Positions 48,701 to 58,677 of a DNA stretch of 64,000 bases are shown here, piece after piece. The position numbers and the translations under genes are program-made. Position 1 is the first letter of the stretch. The number at the start of each line of letters is the position of its first letter. The stretch comes from Vulcanimicrobiota bacterium (lineage in GTDB: Bacteria; Vulcanimicrobiota; Xenobia; Xenobiales; JADMJV01): positions 1,128,008 to 1,192,007 of the forward strand of contig JBFWNU010000001.1 in the NCBI GenBank assembly GCA_050250895.1, given 5' to 3'. The notes below the pieces were generated by a model. That model did not search any database. It was not told where the DNA came from and saw only the letters and a list, made by a program, of their open reading frames with translations.

Positions 48701-48879
48701 AAGGCTCGGTCGCCAACTTCAGTGCCCACGCCGCCGCCGAGACCGCCGAGGAGCTGGTGGTGCTGGGACGCGACGGCAAGATTGGCGGGGCTCGCGAAGC
48801 CTTCAAGAAGCTGCAGGACGAGACCGACAAGCTCACCAAATTGTTGGCCGCCCTGCGTCGACAACACGGTGGAGCCTGA
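45760..48879 (+). CDS. Ser/Thr kinase-PAS-HisKA-HATPase-REC-REC-Hpt fusion
   Basis: GRGGMG, VAIK, HRDLKPEN, DFG, APE; PAS (VNP..ILG); SHEVWTPMNG; NAIKFT, DTGCG, GVGLGL; two receivers; Hpt AHTFKGS. Confidence 0.93.
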   Translation: MMSETYSLPSRFQVQAELGRGGMGVVLKAQDTAYGRPVAIKILAGSLLEESLVLRFRREASDLAELSHPNVVHSYEFGHFEGREYLVMEYVDGGNLYDFIGRTDGLDQILEAFVSICEGLEHIHSQGIVHRDLKPENILFTRSGQAKITDFGIARRVESDTKLTQAGTILGTSFYVAPEQIISSSRVTPEADLYALGICLFEAVTGQLPFDGETEYALLQAHLKTPAPLASSIRPDIPEALDTLISRLLAKKPDQRPGSARKVRSMLRASLEMGLVKRDTSSQKSITAVGEAAREGLITFDAKGNVESVNPTIAKILGRPSEALFGAAITDLIPSMEAILNQSHDELLGSAFRVEAVRRVEERISLEVSVSFLESSQGRQYTATVREVARPQEQEEQGTQGQSSLDFLANLSHEVWTPMNGIIGMSRLALGTDLSATQREYLTAVSSSAEVLQDVLNGIFDYSKLQAGALDFEPVAFDLRAFLDSILKPFMVQASAKGLQLNCNVESLVPDMVVNDPQRLRQVLRNLVDNAIKFTDRGGVTVLVARESGDNKVAVLRFVVSDTGCGLTEDEQKRIFKPFYQADTSISRSYGGVGLGLAVVHGIVRMMNGRVWVDSQPGRGSSFQCTAQFGVAPSLDTDKGSPTTSFKDVRVLVADASGHRGRLSETLAGWGMMPTVVESERAALSVLDRAVLKNESFSLVLTDAHSPQLDGFRLAHKLRSNPALRGLSIIVMASTTRKGDAARCQELGVDALIHKPLKPSELWETVLRVLRKSPQTGSTKVGPLRILLAEDNPINQRLATVLLESKGHSVTVAENGLEVLEAIECDDYSLILMDVQMPELDGIATTEHIRQRERQLGGHIPIIALTAHALKGYPERCLAAGMDAYLPKPLDENDLLTTIARVVTQEYTEPSRPDRTTVLLANPHLVLDQATLLQRVGGNSQHLCMLIDMFMELHQQQLAAIEKAIADADPGALQRAAHTFKGSVANFSAHAAAETAEELVVLGRDGKIGGAREAFKKLQDETDKLTKLLAALRRQHGGA

Positions 48880-51490
48880 ACGCCTCGTCCTCGAGACGGT
48901 TCGCGAGCTGGCGCAAGAGATCGGAGTTGGTGACGGCCAACCCTCTCTTTCCAGCCACCTGGAGAGTGAGCTGGGTATCGGCAGTCTCGAGCGGGTCGAG
49001 CTGCTTGTTCGCCTGGAGCGGGCCGGGGGTCGCACTCTGGCCGAAGAAGGCGTGGTCAAAGCCGAGAGAGTGCTGGACCTGGTGGCTCTGTTCGCGCTTC
49101 CTCAGGCCCGGGCTCCCCACCGAGGAGGCCTGCAACTGGAGTTGGCCCCCGGTCCGCCAGCCCAGGCCGAGGATCTTCTCTCTATCTTGCTGGGGCAGGC
49201 CGAGCGGTTGGGTAACAGTCCCCGCGCTTTTTTTCTCGAGCGGGGTCGGGTTCAGGCCCAGCTGACCCCCGCCGAGTTATTCGAACGCGCCCGCTGTGTG
49301 GCCACCGGCCTCCACCTGCGTGGGGTGGCGGCCAGCCACCGGGTAGCTATCATGCTGGGCACCGGTCCAGACTTCTATTCGGCATTTTTCGGAACAGTGT
49401 GGGCCGGAGGAGTACCGGTGCCGTTGGAGCCTCCCACTCGCATCGACCAGGCCGAGGATTATGTGGCGCGTCAGGGAAGGATACTCGCCGATTGCGGCGC
49501 CAGGGTGCTGGTGGTGCAGCCAGAGTTGGCTCGTCTGGCCCAGGTGCTGCGTCCCAGCGCTCCCCAGTTGCGACACCTGGTGACCGTGGCCCAGCTCGAG
49601 CACGAGGCTCCCGCCCGCGAGCGCCGAGCCGATCCTTCCGAAGTGGCGCTGGTACAATACACTTCCGGCAGCACCGGCTCGCCCAAGGGAGTCCTCTTGA
49701 CCCATGCCAACCTGATCGCCAACATGAGGACCATCGCAGCCGGTCTCGCTCTGGGCTCCGACGACCTGGTGGTGAGCTGGCTGCCGCTCTATCACGACCT
49801 CGGTTTGATCGGCAAACTGTTGACCAGCTTCTACTGGGGCTTGCCGCTGGTGCTGATGGGGCCAGAGCAGTTTCTGGCCCGACCGGCTCGCTGGTTGCAG
49901 GCCATCTCGGACTTTGGGGGCACCCTCTCGGCCGCCCCCAACTTTGCTTACGAACTCTGCACCCGAAAGCTGAGCGACCAGGAAGTGAGCCAGCTCGACC
50001 TTTCCCGTTGGCGGTTGGCTATCAACGGGGGCGAGCCGATTCGCGCCCAGACGGTCGAGGCTTTCTGCCGCCGATTTTCGGGCTGCGGTTTTGAACCTGG
50101 CGCGGTCTTGCCGGCTTACGGGTTGGCCGAGGCCACTCTGGCGGTAAGCTTTTCCCGGCCAGGAGCGGGTCTCAAGACGCATCAGGGCCTGGTTAGTTGT
50201 GGTCCGGCCGGGCCCGGGGTCGAGCTCAAACTTCAAGAGGGTCGGATCCTGGTCCAGGGCTCTTCGGTCACCCAGGGCTATCAGGGTCGTCCCCCTCGGC
50301 AGGGGTGGTTCGACACCGGCGATCTGGGCTACTTGCACGAGGGCGAGCTCTATCCGGCTGGTCGCGCCAGCGATGTGATCGAGCGAGCCGGACGAACTCT
50401 TTTTCCCCAAGACGTCGAGTGCTTGCTCGACCAGCTCAGCGGGCTGCGCCCTGGCTGTTCGGTCGCTCTGGCCCTCGAGGGCGATCAGTTGGCGGTGGTG
50501 GCGGAGGCGCGTCCCGGCCAGGCTGAGGAGGCCTTGCGAGCCGAGATTGTCCAGGCCCTGATGGACGGTCTGGGGGTGCCCCCAGACCGTCTTGAACTGG
50601 TCCCTCCCCGGTCGGTGCCCAGGACCCCCAGCGGCAAGGTGCGCCGGGGCGAGACGCGCCAACGTCTGCTAGACGGTAGTCTGGGCCGGGCCGACCCCTG
50701 GTTGGTGCAGCTCTCGAGGGTGTTGCTGGCCGGCAGCGGATTCTGGTTGCGCCGCGGTCTGGCTAGGGGCGGCACGCGTTTGCGCTCGATTCGCATGCTA
50801 GCCAATCTGGGTTTATGCACGCTGCCCATTCTGGCTACACTGGCCTTGCGGCCGGCCTCGACCTCGTCGGTGCTGGCCCGGGCAGGTCGACTCTTTTTCG
50901 GTCTGTGTGGGTTGAAGCTGAAGGAAGAGGGCGATCCGCCCGCCCGAGGTCCATTGATGGTGGTGGCCAACCATGCCAGCTTGCTGGACCCCCTGGTCAT
51001 GCTCAGTCTCTGGACGGGGCCTCCGCTGTGCTGCGTCATCGCCCGTTCGGTGGCCCGCAACCCGCTGGTCAAATACTTCCTCTCGCGCACCCGTCACATC
51101 GTGGTGCGACGCGGCGGAGACGGTGCCACCCTGGCCGTCGAGGCCATGCAACAGGCCCTCGACGAAGGGCTGTGCGTGCTGGTCTTTCCCGAGGGTGGCG
51201 TCGAGGCGGCCCCGGGCGTTCGCACCTTCGCCACCGGGGCTTTCAGAGCCGCGGCCGCGGCCGCGGCGCCAGTTTTGCCGGTGGCCCTGCTGGGCACTCG
51301 CCAGGCGCTGGCGCCGGGTTCGCTGGCTCTGATTCCGGGCACGGTCATCACGGCCAGCTACGGCCCTCTATTACATCCCCATGCCTCGGGCTGGGAGGGA
51401 GCCGTCGAGTTGACGCGCCAGGCCCGCGACTGGATTGCCGCGACAACCGGCGAACCCCTGGTGGATCGTCGCCTGGCTCGCCAGGACTAG
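48869..51490 (+). CDS. ACP-fatty acyl-AMP ligase-like adenylation domain-PlsC acyltransferase fusion
   Basis: LGIGSLERVEL (ACP Ser); QYTSGSTGSPKG, WLPLYHDLGLIG, YGLAEAT, TGDLG, RTPSGK; NHASLLD, FPEG. GTG start overlaps the kinase end. Confidence 0.85.
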   Translation: MEPERLVLETVRELAQEIGVGDGQPSLSSHLESELGIGSLERVELLVRLERAGGRTLAEEGVVKAERVLDLVALFALPQARAPHRGGLQLELAPGPPAQAEDLLSILLGQAERLGNSPRAFFLERGRVQAQLTPAELFERARCVATGLHLRGVAASHRVAIMLGTGPDFYSAFFGTVWAGGVPVPLEPPTRIDQAEDYVARQGRILADCGARVLVVQPELARLAQVLRPSAPQLRHLVTVAQLEHEAPARERRADPSEVALVQYTSGSTGSPKGVLLTHANLIANMRTIAAGLALGSDDLVVSWLPLYHDLGLIGKLLTSFYWGLPLVLMGPEQFLARPARWLQAISDFGGTLSAAPNFAYELCTRKLSDQEVSQLDLSRWRLAINGGEPIRAQTVEAFCRRFSGCGFEPGAVLPAYGLAEATLAVSFSRPGAGLKTHQGLVSCGPAGPGVELKLQEGRILVQGSSVTQGYQGRPPRQGWFDTGDLGYLHEGELYPAGRASDVIERAGRTLFPQDVECLLDQLSGLRPGCSVALALEGDQLAVVAEARPGQAEEALRAEIVQALMDGLGVPPDRLELVPPRSVPRTPSGKVRRGETRQRLLDGSLGRADPWLVQLSRVLLAGSGFWLRRGLARGGTRLRSIRMLANLGLCTLPILATLALRPASTSSVLARAGRLFFGLCGLKLKEEGDPPARGPLMVVANHASLLDPLVMLSLWTGPPLCCVIARSVARNPLVKYFLSRTRHIVVRRGGDGATLAVEAMQQALDEGLCVLVFPEGGVEAAPGVRTFATGAFRAAAAAAAPVLPVALLGTRQALAPGSLALIPGTVITASYGPLLHPHASGWEGAVELTRQARDWIAATTGEPLVDRRLARQD

Positions 51491-51521
51491 GACCTGGCGA
51501 ACCGCGAACCGGGCTCAGGCT

Positions 51522-53819
51522 CTAGTCGGGCTTGAGGTTGGCGACGGCTTCTTGCAGACGGGCGCTTCTGGCCTTGAGTTGCTCGAGGATGGCCTCGGCT
51601 TCTTCCGGCTTTTCGTCCACCGGGTGATGCTCGAGTTGGGCCGCCAACTCGGCCACTGACCTGGCCCCAAAATTGGCCACCATCCCTTTGTAAGTGTGAG
51701 CTTCTTTGCGCAGGCGGGTGCTGTCTTTGTCGCGCACCGCACCGGCGATGGCTTCCAGCGAAGACGGGATGGTGTCGAGCAACTGAGCACACACCATCTC
51801 GACCACTTGCCACGAGCCGGCCGCCCGGCGCAACAAGCCCGCCTTGTCGAGCACGTTCTCTTCGGGCTCGGAGGCTTCTTGGACAACCTTGGTCGGGGCC
51901 GCTTCGGGCTCTTCTTCTTCTCCGACCACCTTGGCCAGTTCCGCCTTGAGTTCTTCGACATCGATGGGCTTGGACACGTAGCCGTCCATGCCGGCGTCGA
52001 GGCAACGTTCGCGGTCGCCTTTCATGGCATGGGCAGTGAGGGCGATGATGGGAATTCTTTCGTCTTTGCCCTGCTCGAGCTTGCGAATCTCGGCGGTGGC
52101 CTCGAAGCCATCGAGTTCTGGCATCTGGATGTCCATCAGAATGACATCGAAACCACCTTCCTGGAAGGCCTCGACGGCGGCCCGCCCATCGCCGGCTACG
52201 GTCACGGTATGACCCGCCTGCTGAAGCGTGATGGTGGCCAGTGTCTGGTTGATGGGGTTGTCTTCAGCCACCAGCACGTTGAGTCCCCGGCCGGCGACCG
52301 GAGCCTCGATAGTCTCGAACTTGGGGCGAGCAGTGGCGCTGGCCTCGGGGTCGACCTGAACCTGGATAGTGAAGTGGAAAGTGGAGCCTTTGTTGAGCAC
52401 ACTTTCGACCCAGATCTCGCCCCCCATGAGTTCGACCAGTCGACTCGAGATCGACAGACCCAGACCGGTGCCACCGAACTTGCGGGTGGTGGAGGTGTCG
52501 GCCTGGGCGAAGGACTCGAAGATCTTGCTCTGCTGTTCGGCGGGGATGCCGATGCCTGTGTCTTCGACTTCGAAATGGAGCGTGAATTTATCGCCCTGTC
52601 GTGCCTTGAGGCGGACCCGCAGGGCGATACGGCCCTTTTCGGTGAACTTGATGGCGTTGCCCAGTAGATTGATGAGAACCTGGCGGATACGCACCGAGTC
52701 ACTGATGATGCCGTCGGGCACATCCTCACCAACATCCGTGGTCAGGCCCAGACCTTTCTCCTGGGCTTTGAAGCCGACCGTCATGCAGATGGTGTGGATG
52801 GTTTCACGAAGCTTGAAGGGGTGCGGATCGTAGTCGAGCAGACCGGCTTCGATCTTCGAGAAGTCCAGAATGTCGTTGATCACCTGCAGCAACGAGTCGG
52901 CGGAACTTGCCACCATGGTCAGATAGCTGCGCTGCTTGTGGTCGAGATCGGTGGCCAGGGCCAGTTTCGTCATGCCGATCACGCCGTTCATGGGAGTTCG
53001 GATTTCATGGCTCATGTTGGCCAGAAACAGGCTTTTGGCGTTGCTGGCTTCAAGGGCCTGGTCACGCGCTACGGCCAGTTCCTCGTGGGCCTCTTCGATG
53101 CGTTCGAGCATTTCGTTGAACGCATCGACGAGGATTCCCGTTTCGTCGAGGCTTTCTTTTTTGACCCTCAGAGAGTAGTCGCGTCGTTCGGAGACGGTCT
53201 TGGCCGTCCGGGCCAGCGCCATGATGGGGCGCGAAATGACCCTTTGCAGGGCCCTGGCGACACCGAACGAGGCCAGCCCGGTGAGCAGCATGATCAGCAC
53301 CGCCAGCCGCAGATCGCGCAGCAGTTGAGCAATAAAGACACTGTTGTCAGCCTCGATGCAGAGCCAACCGATCAGTTGCTTGTCGACGATGATCTGTCGC
53401 ACCATCAGCAACCTGCCGTCGGGATAGCTGGTTTTGGACGGCAACAGCGTGGGGGGTCTCAGGCTGCCTTGCAGGTTGGGCCGGACGTAGGAGATCTCGA
53501 GGGGCTCGGCTCGGGCGTCGAGTTGGGGAATGACGAAGATCTCTCCGTCGGCGTCGTAGAACGCCGCCCATTGGATGGTCGGATCATCGGCCAGACTGGA
53601 AAGGTTGACATCATTAATCACGCCCAGGGCCAGGCCCGGAGCCATAAACTCCACCAGCACCGAAGCGGTCGCTTCGAGCTGGTCGGCTACGGTTTGCTCG
53701 TAGGTATACCATTTCGAAGTGAGAAAGCCAGCCGAACAAAGCAAAATGGCGACCAGGGAGGTCGACAGGGCGAAGCCGGTGAGTTTGCCTGAAAGCGAAA
53801 GATCGCGAAACCAACCCGT
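51522..53819 (-). CDS. Membrane hybrid histidine kinase (periplasmic sensor-HAMP-HisKA-HATPase-REC-Hpt)
   Basis: Two TM helices, HAMP (ISRPI..L...DETG.L..AFNEML), [34 protein letters not shown]. Start placed at ACG 53819; first canonical start is TTG 53744. Confidence 0.9.
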   Translation of the reverse strand, partial: TGWFRDLSLSGKLTGFALSTSLVAILLCSAGFLTSKWYTYEQTVADQLEATASVLVEFMAPGLALGVINDVNLSSLADDPTIQWAAFYDADGEIFVIPQLDARAEPLEISYVRPNLQGSLRPPTLLPSKTSYPDGRLLMVRQIIVDKQLIGWLCIEADNSVFIAQLLRDLRLAVLIMLLTGLASFGVARALQRVISRPIMALARTAKTVSERRDYSLRVKKESLDETGILVDAFNEMLERIEEAHEELAVARDQALEASNAKSLFLANMSHEIRTPMNGVIGMTKLALATDLDHKQRSYLTMVASSADSLLQVINDILDFSKIEAGLLDYDPHPFKLRETIHTICMTVGFKAQEKGLGLTTDVGEDVPDGIISDSVRIRQVLINLLGNAIKFTEKGRIALRVRLKARQGDKFTLHFEVEDTGIGIPAEQQSKIFESFAQADTSTTRKFGGTGLGLSISSRLVELMGGEIWVESVLNKGSTFHFTIQVQVDPEASATARPKFETIEAPVAGRGLNVLVAEDNPINQTLATITLQQAGHTVTVAGDGRAAVEAFQEGGFDVILMDIQMPELDGFEATAEIRKLEQGKDERIPIIALTAHAMKGDRERCLDAGMDGYVSKPIDVEELKAELAKVVGEEEEPEAAPTKVVQEASEPEENVLDKAGLLRRAAGSWQVVEMVCAQLLDTIPSSLEAIAGAVRDKDSTRLRKEAHTYKGMVANFGARSVAELAAQLEHHPVDEKPEEAEAILEQLKARSARLQEAVANLKPD

Positions 53820-54802
53820 TAAGATAGTGGCTGATCCTCCGATTCCAGGGTCCGGGTGATGGTCGGTTCGCCAGCGATCATCCGGGTGTTCTTGGATTCG
53901 AGCGGTTGCCCTTCGCGTTCATAGAGCCAGGCTTCGAAGCTGCGCGGGCCCACCCCCAGGTCGATGTGGGTGAGACCGCTTTCGGGACAGGTGTTACCTT
54001 CTTTGAGCATGCGCAACATGCCGTCGGTGACCGGAAACCAGGAAAACCCTCCCAACACTCCGCTGGCTGCCTCCATCAACCAGAATGGGAAGGGAATCAG
54101 TCTGACCTTGTGGCCGCCGGCTTCGCGTAACATGGTCAAGACGGCCCGGTAGGTGTAAACCTCTGGACCGCAGAGATGATAGGCTTGCTTGATCGATTCC
54201 GGCCGCTCCAGAGCGGCCACGAAGGCCGAGGCCACCTCCGTCACCGATACCGGCGCCAGTCGATAGCTGCCGTCTCCGAAGTAGGGCAGCAGAGGCAGAC
54301 GCTTCATGGAGTCGACCAGGGTCGACACGAAGCTGGGACGGTCCTCGCGTCCACCATAAACCACCGAGGGCCGGAAGATGGTCCAATCCAGGGCGCTGGC
54401 CCGGACGGCTTCTTCCTCTTTGGCTTTGGACACCATATAGCCGGTCTGGATGGCCCGTTCGGCCCCGTTGGCGCTCATGTGGAGAAAGCGCTTCACCCCG
54501 AACCGTGAGCAGCTGCGCAACAGGTCGACGGTGGCTTGATAGTGGAGCTTTTCGAAGGTGATGCCCTGGCCGGGAAACTCGCGCAAGATGCCTACCAGAT
54601 GAACGCAGGCCTGGCAGTTTTCCAGGGCCTGGTGGTAGGAGTCAGGTCGAGTCACATCGCCCTCTACGACCTGGGCCACCCCCCGCACCGTCAGTCGGTC
54701 GGGGTCGCGCACCAGAGCAACCACCTCGTGCTCGGCCCGAACTAGCCTGGACAGGACCTCGGTGCCGACGAATCCGGTTCCCCCGGTGACGAAGATTCGC
54801 AT
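53819..54802 (-). CDS. NAD(P)-dependent epimerase/dehydratase, NDUFA9-like SDR
   Basis: [37 protein letters not shown]. Confidence 0.9.
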   Translation of the reverse strand: MRIFVTGGTGFVGTEVLSRLVRAEHEVVALVRDPDRLTVRGVAQVVEGDVTRPDSYHQALENCQACVHLVGILREFPGQGITFEKLHYQATVDLLRSCSRFGVKRFLHMSANGAERAIQTGYMVSKAKEEEAVRASALDWTIFRPSVVYGGREDRPSFVSTLVDSMKRLPLLPYFGDGSYRLAPVSVTEVASAFVAALERPESIKQAYHLCGPEVYTYRAVLTMLREAGGHKVRLIPFPFWLMEAASGVLGGFSWFPVTDGMLRMLKEGNTCPESGLTHIDLGVGPRSFEAWLYEREGQPLESKNTRMIAGEPTITRTLESEDQPLS

Positions 54803-54807
54803 CGGCG

Positions 54808-55038
54808 TTAAAGGATGGTGACGCCCTCAGAGCCCAGGCCGTCGGCCGCCGCTGCCGATTTGCCATTGCGTTTGCGGTGGCGAAGTTCGCGAGCCCTGTC
54901 GGCGAGCAACTGGCGCGTCTCTTGGCCTGATTGAGGCGCGAGCAAGACGGCAGCCGCAGCCCCCGCCAGTGTTCCCACGATCAGACCCAGGGCAAAGCCG
55001 AAGCCGCCGATGCTGGATTTCTCTTTCTGCTTAGACAT
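54808..55038 (-). CDS. YtxH domain-containing protein
   Basis: GFALG...GAAAAVLLAPQSGQETR. Confidence 0.85.
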   Translation of the reverse strand: MSKQKEKSSIGGFGFALGLIVGTLAGAAAAVLLAPQSGQETRQLLADRARELRHRKRNGKSAAAADGLGSEGVTIL

Positions 55039-55183
55039 GGTCTTCCTCAATCGAAAACTTCGAACTGGGCCGCTCGGCTACCTCTAAAAACTACGGTTTT
55101 CGAACAAAGAGCCGTTCCAAAGCAGGGTATTGCTGGCCTTTTTATCGAACCGGAACGCGGCTGTTACGGCATCACCTCTGGGC

Positions 55184-55213
55184 TTGCCGGGCCGTAATGT
55201 TTTTGTATAAGAT
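55184..55213 (+). promoter_or_regulatory. Putative sigma70 promoter of the sdh operon
   Basis: TTGCCG, 16-18 bp spacer, TATAAG/TAAGAT upstream of sdhC. Confidence 0.4.
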
Positions 55214-55258
55214 GTGTGGAGGTTCTCTGGCCGGAGAGCCTGGAATTAGGAGAATGGG

Positions 55259-55993
55259 ATGAATCTCGTAACAGTCGCGACATCTTCTATCGGAAAGAAG
55301 TTTATCGCGGCGTTCACCGGTTTGATCATGGTGGTTTTCACCATCGGACACCTGACCGGAAACCTGATGCTCTTGATGGGGCCGAAATATTTCAACGAGT
55401 ACGCGCTCTTCCTCGAGAACCTCTTCCACGGCTGGGCCGTCTTGATCGCAGACCTGGTGTTGCTGGCCGTGGTGGTCAGTCACATCTGGGCCGGAGTCAG
55501 CGTCCAGCTTCGACGGGGAGAAGCCAGACCGCGCGACTACGAGTCCAAGCATGATGCCGGGGGCACCAGCCAGAAGTCTTTCGCCTCCAGCACCATGATC
55601 TTCACCGGAGTGGCTCTGCTCGTCTTTATCGTGGTGCATCTGCTGAACTTCAAGTGGGGCAACACTCAGGTCATCGCTCTCGACCATGGTGAAGAGATTC
55701 GCAACCTGTACGGGTTGGTAGTCACCAAGTTCGGCGAACCGCTCTTCGCCTTCGGGTACATCGCCATGATGATGCTCTTTGGCGTGCATATCAGCCACGG
55801 CATCTGGAGCGCGTTTCAGTCGCTTGGCCTGGCTAACGATAACTACCTTCCAGTCTTGCAAAAGCTGGGATGGGCACTATCTTTCTTGTTAGCCTTCGGA
55901 TTCATTCTGTTGCCGGGATTGATTTTTGGCTTCAACAGCTATTTCGTCGAGGCCAACCAAACTTATCTGCAGACGATGATGGGAAGGGGCTGA
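55259..55993 (+). CDS. sdhC: Succinate dehydrogenase/fumarate reductase cytochrome b subunit
   Basis: SSIGKK...TG, heme-ligand His in GHLTGNL, SHI, VHL, HISHG..SAFQSLG. Confidence 0.92.
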   Translation: MNLVTVATSSIGKKFIAAFTGLIMVVFTIGHLTGNLMLLMGPKYFNEYALFLENLFHGWAVLIADLVLLAVVVSHIWAGVSVQLRRGEARPRDYESKHDAGGTSQKSFASSTMIFTGVALLVFIVVHLLNFKWGNTQVIALDHGEEIRNLYGLVVTKFGEPLFAFGYIAMMMLFGVHISHGIWSAFQSLGLANDNYLPVLQKLGWALSFLLAFGFILLPGLIFGFNSYFVEANQTYLQTMMGRG

Positions 55994-55996
55994 CCC

Positions 55997-57931
55997 GTGG
56001 CCAAGAAAAAAGAGGTATTCCTCGATTCCAAGATTCCCGACGGTCCAGTCGAAGAGAAGTGGAATCTTTATCGGCGAGACGTCAAACTGGTGTCGCCGGC
56101 CAACAAGCGTAAATACACCATTATCGTGGTTGGCACCGGCCTGGCCGGCGCCTCGGCCGCGGCCAGTCTGGGCGAACTGGGCTACAACGTGCTCAGCTTC
56201 TGTATTCAAGACAGCCCGCGCCGAGCCCACAGTGTGGCCGCTCAGGGTGGCATCAACGCCGCCAAGAACTATCAGAACGACGGCGACAGCGTGTGGCGCC
56301 TGTTCTATGACACGGTCAAAGGCGGGGATTTCCGCGCCCGCGAGGCCAACGTCTATCGCCTGGCTCAGGTGAGTGTCGACATCATCGACCAGTGCGCCGC
56401 CCAGGGGGTGCCCTTCGCCCGCGAGTACGGCGGCGTGCTCTCCAATCGCTCTTTCGGCGGGGCTCAGGTGTCGCGCACGTTTTACGCTCGAGGACAGACC
56501 GGTCAGCAGCTTCTGCTCGGTGCCTACGGCGCCTTGAGTCGCCAGGTTCAGGCCGGCAAGGTCAAGCAATTCGCTCGGCGCGAGATGCTCGACCTGGTTC
56601 TTATCGACGGCAAGGCGCGAGGCATCATTTGCCGCAACCTGGTCACCGGCGCGATCGAGCGCTATGCCGGTCACGCGGTGTTGCTGTGCACCGGTGGTTA
56701 CGGTCCGGTCTTTTATCTCTCGACCAACGCCGTCAACTGCAACCCGACGGCCGCCTGGCGCTGCCATAAACGGGGTGCGTATTTTGCCAACCCCTGCTAC
56801 ACCCAGATTCACCCGACCTGTATTCCCCAGGCTGGTGATTACCAGTCCAAGCTCACCCTGATGAGCGAGAGCCTCCGTAACGACGGCCGCGTATGGGTGC
56901 CGCGCAAACCCGATGACGACCGCAAGCCCAAGGACATTCCCGAGGCAGAACGCTACTACTTTTTGGAAGAACGTTATCCGGCCTTTGGTAATCTGGTTCC
57001 CCGCGACATCGCCTCGCGGGCGGCCAAGAAGGTCTGCGATGACGGCAAAGGGGTGGGACCCACCAAGAGGGCCGTATACCTCGATTTCAAGGATGCCATT
57101 GCCCGTGACGGCGAGCAAGTCATCCGCGAGAAATACGGCAACTTGTTCTCGATGTATGAGGAAATCACCGGCGAGGACCCCTATCACACCCCGATGCGGA
57201 TCTATCCAGCCTCGCACTACACCATGGGCGGGTTGTGGGTCGATTATAATCTCATGAGCAACATCCCCGGCCTGCACGTGCTCGGAGAGGCCAATTTCTC
57301 GGACCACGGCGCCAACCGACTGGGAGCTAGCGCACTGATGCAAGGCCTCGCCGACGGTTACTTCGTTATCCCCTATACCCTGGGTGACTACCTGGCCCGC
57401 AACCAGGCGGCCGAGCCTCTGAGTACGGCCACTCCCGAATTCGACCAGGTCGACGGTGAGGTCAAGGAGGCTACCCGCCGCCTGCTCGAGATCAAGGGTG
57501 ACAAGACCCCGACCGAGTTCCATCGCGAGTTGGGCAAGATCATGTGGGATCACGTCGGAATGGCGCGCACCGAGGAGGGCTTGACTCAGGCCATTTCTGA
57601 GATTCGCAGCCTGCGCAAGGAATTCTGGGAAAAGGTCAGCGTGCCTGGCAGTGGCGAGACCCTCAACAAGAACCTCGAGTTCGCTGGCCGAGTCGGCGAT
57701 TTCATCGAGTTGGCCGAACTGATGGCTTTGGATGCCCGCGAGCGCAAGGAGAGTTGTGGCGGGCATTTCCGTGAGGAGTATCAGACCGAAGGTGGCGAGG
57801 CCCTGCGTAACGATGATGACTACTGTTACGTGGCCGCCTGGGAGTATAGCGGTGACCCCAGCGAGCCCAAACTCCATAAAGAGAACCTGTCGTTCGAGAA
57901 CGTTAAACTCGCCCAGAGGAGTTATAAGTAA
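55997..57931 (+). CDS. sdhA: Succinate dehydrogenase/fumarate reductase flavoprotein
   Basis: [54 protein letters not shown]. Confidence 0.97.
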   Translation: MAKKKEVFLDSKIPDGPVEEKWNLYRRDVKLVSPANKRKYTIIVVGTGLAGASAAASLGELGYNVLSFCIQDSPRRAHSVAAQGGINAAKNYQNDGDSVWRLFYDTVKGGDFRAREANVYRLAQVSVDIIDQCAAQGVPFAREYGGVLSNRSFGGAQVSRTFYARGQTGQQLLLGAYGALSRQVQAGKVKQFARREMLDLVLIDGKARGIICRNLVTGAIERYAGHAVLLCTGGYGPVFYLSTNAVNCNPTAAWRCHKRGAYFANPCYTQIHPTCIPQAGDYQSKLTLMSESLRNDGRVWVPRKPDDDRKPKDIPEAERYYFLEERYPAFGNLVPRDIASRAAKKVCDDGKGVGPTKRAVYLDFKDAIARDGEQVIREKYGNLFSMYEEITGEDPYHTPMRIYPASHYTMGGLWVDYNLMSNIPGLHVLGEANFSDHGANRLGASALMQGLADGYFVIPYTLGDYLARNQAAEPLSTATPEFDQVDGEVKEATRRLLEIKGDKTPTEFHRELGKIMWDHVGMARTEEGLTQAISEIRSLRKEFWEKVSVPGSGETLNKNLEFAGRVGDFIELAELMALDARERKESCGGHFREEYQTEGGEALRNDDDYCYVAAWEYSGDPSEPKLHKENLSFENVKLAQRSYK

Positions 57932-58674
57932 TGAAAATCCATCTCAAAGTCTGGCGCCAGTCGGGCCCTGACGCGGCCGGCAAGCTCGAGTCCTACACCC
58001 TCAACGATCTTCTCCCCGAGATGTCCTTTCTCGAGATGCTCGATGTGCTAAACGAGAAGTTGACCAAAGAAGGCAAAGACCCCGTGGCTTTCGATAGCGA
58101 CTGTCGGGAGGGTATTTGCGGGATGTGTGGTCTGGTCATCAATGGAGTGGCCCACGGACCCAAGGCAGCCTGCACCACCTGCGAGCTGCGTCTGCGCTCT
58201 TATCAGGACGGCGACACCATTACTGTCGAGCCGTGGCGGGCCAAAGGCTTTCCGGTCATCAGGGACCTGGTGGTCGATCGCACCGCCTTTGACCGCATCA
58301 TTCAGGCCGGAGGCTACGTTTCGGTCAATACCGGCTCGGCTCCCGATGCCAACGCCGTCCCGGTAGGCAAAGAGAAGGCTGAAGCGGCCATGGACGCGGC
58401 CGCCTGTATCGGCTGCGGGGCCTGCGTGGCTGCCTGTCCAAACGCGTCGGCTTCGCTGTTCGTCGGGGCTAAGGTTACTCAATTAGCCTTGCTGCCCCAG
58501 GGCCAACCTGAACGGGATGCTCGCGTGCTTGCCATGGTGGCCCAGATGGACCAGGAGGGTTTTGGGGACTGCTCTAATCACGGCGAATGCGAGGCCGTCT
58601 GCCCCAAGTCTATTTCGATCAGCCACATCGCCCAGCTGCGTCGAGACTACCTGGTCGCCTCGTTGCGCTCGTAG
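57931..58674 (+). CDS. sdhB: Succinate dehydrogenase/fumarate reductase Fe-S subunit
   Basis: [23 protein letters not shown]....ECEAVCP. Confidence 0.97.
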   Translation: MKIHLKVWRQSGPDAAGKLESYTLNDLLPEMSFLEMLDVLNEKLTKEGKDPVAFDSDCREGICGMCGLVINGVAHGPKAACTTCELRLRSYQDGDTITVEPWRAKGFPVIRDLVVDRTAFDRIIQAGGYVSVNTGSAPDANAVPVGKEKAEAAMDAAACIGCGACVAACPNASASLFVGAKVTQLALLPQGQPERDARVLAMVAQMDQEGFGDCSNHGECEAVCPKSISISHIAQLRRDYLVASLRS

Positions 58675-58677
58675 CTC

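Noticed and set aside
55889-57877. Long antisense ORFs (662 aa here; also 19946-21115, 21910-23595, 39742-40764, 49277-50662)
   Set aside because: Shadows of well-supported genes in high-GC DNA, with no recognisable motifs.
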